A stretch of DNA of 64,000 bases from Sedimentisphaerales bacterium (GTDB taxonomy: Bacteria; Planctomycetota; Phycisphaerae; Sedimentisphaerales; SM23-30). A program made the translations under genes and the position numbers. The stretch is from assembly GCA_963666285.1 (NCBI GenBank), contig OY762711.1; one strand, 5' to 3'. Below are positions 60,345 to 64,000 of the stretch, in pieces. The notes under the pieces are model-generated. The model was not told the DNA's origin and searched no databases. It was given only the letters and a program-made list of their open reading frames with translations. How positions within the stretch are numbered: position 1 is the first letter of the stretch; every line of letters starts with the position of its first letter.

Positions 60345-61793
60345 ATGAGAAAAAGTATTATTATTTTAATACTGTTTGTTGTTTGCGGCAGTATTTATGC
60401 GGCTGATAGACCGAACTTTATATTTTTTATTGCTGATGATATCTCACAGGATGATTTGGGGTGCTATGGCAACAGCAGGATCCAGACTCCGAACCTTGAC
60501 CAAATTGCAAAGCAGGGTATGGTATTTGAAAATGCATACCTTACTATCAGTTCGTGTTCGCCAAGTCGTAACTCTATTATTACAGGGCGTTATCCGCATA
60601 ATACCGGTGCTCCGGAGCTGCATACAGTTCTGCCAAAAGATCAAAGTACATTTGTTCAGGAGCTTAAAAAAGCAGGATATTATACTGTTTTGTCTGGCAA
60701 AAATCACATGGCCAAACCGGAGCAGTTGGGTTTTATTGACAGTTCGGATAGTAAACCTGCCGGTTCGGAGAATTGGATCAGGCATCTAAGGAATCGCCCC
60801 AAAGATAAGCCGTTTTTCTGCTGGTTTGCTTCACATGATGCACACCGTGACTGGCAGCTGAATGACAAGGCTCCTGAGTATAATCCGCAGGAAATGCTTG
60901 TACCGCCGATGCTCTATGATGGCGATGAAACCCGAAAGGATCTTACGAAATACTATCATGAGGTCAGCAGGACGGATTACTATGCCGGGGAACTGGTTAA
61001 GGAGCTTAAAGCCCAGGGGATTGAGGATAATACCTATTTGATTTATTGCGCCGATAATGGCAGGCCCTTTCCGCGGTGCAAGACTTACCTTTACGATAGT
61101 GGAACTAAGACACCTTTCATCGTTCGCGGGCCGGGTGTCAAGGTCGGACGTACTGTTTCGCTGATAAGTTCTATAGATATCAGTGCTACGATACTGGAAC
61201 TAGCCGGTATTGACAAGCCAATTACGATTCAAGGTGTAAGTTTTGCTGGAATATTGAGAGATCCGTTTTGTAAGATGCGAGATTATGTATTTGCCGAACG
61301 AAACTGGCATGTATACCAGCTGCATGAGCGTATGGTTCGTTATGGAGACTGGATGTATATCTGGAATGCCTATCCGGAAAGACATAATGTCTGTGCCGAG
61401 ACTTCTTCGTATGAGTTCCCATCATCCAAAGAGTTATGGGAGATGTCTTATGCGGGTAAATTGGATATTCAGCAGGAACTGGTAACAAATATACCGCAGC
61501 CTGAACACCAGTTGTTTAATGTCAAAAACGATCCGTACCAGTTTTATAACCTGGCTGATAACGTGAAATACAAAAGTGAGTTTGAACTGATGAGAAAACT
61601 GCTGGGACAATGGGTGGAAGAGACTGGGGATTCCGTTCCAAAGAATCCAACAAAAGATATACAGCAGCTTCATGGCGATGGGCGTGTCAAAGTTAAGAGG
61701 GGCGATTTTCCCGGAAGTGTAAATAATGCTGTAAAAGTAACTAATCCGGGACCGGTGTTGAACAGTAAAACAAATGCTAGTCAACCGCACTAA
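60345..61793 (+). CDS. Sulfatase (S1, formylglycine-dependent; heparan N-sulfatase-like)
   Basis: RPNFIFFIADD, CSPSRNSIITGRYP (CxPxR), GKNH, DNG, KTYLYDSG. Confidence 0.95.
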   Translation: MRKSIIILILFVVCGSIYAADRPNFIFFIADDISQDDLGCYGNSRIQTPNLDQIAKQGMVFENAYLTISSCSPSRNSIITGRYPHNTGAPELHTVLPKDQSTFVQELKKAGYYTVLSGKNHMAKPEQLGFIDSSDSKPAGSENWIRHLRNRPKDKPFFCWFASHDAHRDWQLNDKAPEYNPQEMLVPPMLYDGDETRKDLTKYYHEVSRTDYYAGELVKELKAQGIEDNTYLIYCADNGRPFPRCKTYLYDSGTKTPFIVRGPGVKVGRTVSLISSIDISATILELAGIDKPITIQGVSFAGILRDPFCKMRDYVFAERNWHVYQLHERMVRYGDWMYIWNAYPERHNVCAETSSYEFPSSKELWEMSYAGKLDIQQELVTNIPQPEHQLFNVKNDPYQFYNLADNVKYKSEFELMRKLLGQWVEETGDSVPKNPTKDIQQLHGDGRVKVKRGDFPGSVNNAVKVTNPGPVLNSKTNASQPH

Positions 61794-63609
61794 AGGAGTA
61801 TATGTAATTAAATCGTCCCAATGGTGCAGTGTCGCCGCTAAGATAGAAATCCATGATGTCGCCATCGCCTTTGATATTGTCTGCCCACTTAAATTCTAAT
61901 TCCAAATCTGAATTTGGCAGTCCGAGATTATTTAATGGCACGCATATTTCAAGTTCATTGCCGTTAACGGCAAACTCGGCAGATGAAATTTCGTTCCAGC
62001 TCCACAGGTTATTCATATTCTTTTCAACGGACAGCTTATTTGAACCGACACGTTTGCGGTTAAGCAGAAAATCATAACCGTGCCAGCCGGTATTAAGGTT
62101 TCGGTCAATATCAATAAAAATCATCATCCAGTTAGAGTCGGTTGATTGAGTAATTGTTTTTGCGCACCGGGAATAGAAATAAATATATTTCTTGTCATTA
62201 GCAACTTTTAAATTTGTGATATCGTTCCTTCCGGAGCTATTTGTATAGAAAAGATTGCCGTAACCTTTATGGCTGCGGTGCATTGTGTCACCTTTATGAT
62301 CGCAGTATTCCATTGAAATATCCTGCCAGTCGGAAAAGTTCCCGTCAATTTTGATTGTATGGTATTTTGAAGCTTGTGATTGGCGGTGTACGCCTTTGAA
62401 TTTCCTGATATTACCGGTTAGTTGATAGTAATAATTATCGCCGATTTCCGCTTTGACTGGTTCTATATCTCTACTGTATTCCATGTTGAACTGGTCAGGA
62501 AAAGCATTTGGCGTTCCCTGCCAGTTTTCAAATCGTCCGGCAACCCATTCATTCCATCCGGTAACAAAAATCAGTTCAGGATCAATCTGGAGAGCTCGGT
62601 CCCATTGTTCCTGGAAATTAAGGCCTTGTAATACAGCACCGGGTTGATTGGAAAAGCCGTTTTTGTTGGTATAGCTTCTGCCGTACACCTGATCTTTTGA
62701 ATTCATAGCAGCAGGTACGAGCTTATCAGTTGCATTCTGGGCCACACCTACGGAAACCATTTCAAATTTACCAGGTTCGTATTCAACATAACCATTTTGC
62801 GGATATACCTCCAGCCAGCTCCAATCATCTTTTCTTTGCGGTCCGCATTTGTAGCCGGGCTGACCTGGCCTGAAGGTGAAAAAAGACCTCATCGGTTCCG
62901 GAATGTTATCAGGGTATGCCATGATAAGCGGTTTACCTTTCCAATAGAACCACAGGTCTTTGAAGCGGCCGGTCTTATATATATCATTATAGATTTTTGA
63001 GACAGATTCCAGGCTGTTTTCAACTGGGCCAAAAGGGCAAAGAAAGGCAAATTGAGGTGTCTTTACTCCATCTTTGCGGGCCTGCATCCAGGTTTCACCA
63101 AGTATATCGTAGCTTTCTTTCCAGGTAAATGAACCATTAGTACAATCAAAAACGACAATATCAACTCCTGCATCTGAGAGCATTTCGGCATGTTTTCTCA
63201 ATACCCAGGGATCGGTAGTGCGGTAATGGCCAAATAGCGGCTCAGACCAGTGATTGTTAAAGCCTTTATACTTTTCCCAAACCGGGTGGTTATAATCGTT
63301 TATTGCATCATGGTGCTGGCGAATTACCTGGTCAATATTGACATAACCAGGATTTGCATGCCGTGAGCCATGCCATGTCCAATAGAAAATTGCAACATAT
63401 TTATCATCTCTTGGTGCGCCGGCGGTGTCGTAATCAGGTAATTTTCTGCCGAGAGAGTCAGCAGCAGCCCAGGTGTCACTTATCTGGATAGGAGAATGGC
63501 TATTATCATCAAGGTCATTCCCTTTGGCGGAGGCAAAGATAATAAAAAAGATGATAATGGTTGCAAGTTTGTGTATGATAAAATTTAATGTATTTTTCTT
63601 GTAGTTCAT
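61777..63609 (-). CDS. Secreted GH99/GH71-like glycoside hydrolase with a C-terminal CBM9/DOMON-like domain
   Basis: VAIFYWTWH, WSEPLFGHY, AGVDIVVFDCTN, FVTGWNEW, YSRDIEP; C-terminal IDGNFSDW...IFIDID. Confidence 0.7.
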   Translation of the reverse strand: MNYKKNTLNFIIHKLATIIIFFIIFASAKGNDLDDNSHSPIQISDTWAAADSLGRKLPDYDTAGAPRDDKYVAIFYWTWHGSRHANPGYVNIDQVIRQHHDAINDYNHPVWEKYKGFNNHWSEPLFGHYRTTDPWVLRKHAEMLSDAGVDIVVFDCTNGSFTWKESYDILGETWMQARKDGVKTPQFAFLCPFGPVENSLESVSKIYNDIYKTGRFKDLWFYWKGKPLIMAYPDNIPEPMRSFFTFRPGQPGYKCGPQRKDDWSWLEVYPQNGYVEYEPGKFEMVSVGVAQNATDKLVPAAMNSKDQVYGRSYTNKNGFSNQPGAVLQGLNFQEQWDRALQIDPELIFVTGWNEWVAGRFENWQGTPNAFPDQFNMEYSRDIEPVKAEIGDNYYYQLTGNIRKFKGVHRQSQASKYHTIKIDGNFSDWQDISMEYCDHKGDTMHRSHKGYGNLFYTNSSGRNDITNLKVANDKKYIYFYSRCAKTITQSTDSNWMMIFIDIDRNLNTGWHGYDFLLNRKRVGSNKLSVEKNMNNLWSWNEISSAEFAVNGNELEICVPLNNLGLPNSDLELEFKWADNIKGDGDIMDFYLSGDTAPLGRFNYIYSFSAVD

Positions 63610-64000
63610 ATTTCAATTTTAAGATGGCAGTGATATTGCATCAAGAAAATTGTTGGCGGCAATATTATACGCGGTAAAAGGTGGATATATCATCGTTAGT
63701 AAAATATCAAAGGTGTGAATTAGTTGTTATTTTAGATAAGTACTTGCCCTTCATCGGGTTAAGTGTTCTTTTTGAAGGACTTGCGTATGATATATGGTGA
63801 TGTTTGAATGACAATAATCAGAAGAAATTATCAATATTTCAAAAAAAAAAGTTTTTTTATTTAAATTGTCATTCTAATTGCCCATCCTGTAATAGAGCGG
63901 TAATGTAATCCAATTCCGCATCAATATATTTTTATTTATAGATCATTTTGGTATCTGACACAAATTAATAGGTCAAAGATGAAAATAATAGCGTTCAGGC

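Overview
AT-rich bacterial chromosomal window. The gene repertoire (PEP-CTERM proteins, many secreted proteins with dockerin-like EF-hand tails, a [10 protein letters not shown] prepilin-type protein, sulfatase, Hanks kinase, many glycoside hydrolases, no SusC/D) suggests a polysaccharide-degrading Planctomycetota, possibly Phycisphaerae/Sedimentisphaerales (inference). Contents in order: a GH27 3' end; a selD split by an in-frame UGA (selenocysteine recoding) with a fused N-terminal Cys-rich domain; a 2.36 kb non-coding region with two copies of a ~160-bp palindromic MITE-like repeat and two tandem, covarying copies of an unrecognised ~240-nt structured RNA-like element; a CAZyme cluster (GH16, GH31, GH-A/agarase-like, GH106-like); a ~20 kb co-oriented cluster (PEP-CTERM, HAF/dockerin, prepilin, MoxR-DUF58-BatA-vWA/TPR, Cys-tail protein, 4Fe-4S/HMA membrane protein); an amber-inactivated IS5-family element and an IS256 relic; then MCP, a secreted beta-helix protein, a TIGR03546/TIGR03545-like fusion, S46 peptidase, LacI, GH5, Ser/Thr kinase, sulfatase and a GH99-like protein. 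The best novelty candidates are the tandem structured RNA (4011-4656), the Cys-rich-domain/Sec-SelD fusion and the MoxR-centred cluster. All family calls come from motif recognition by eye; no searches were run.
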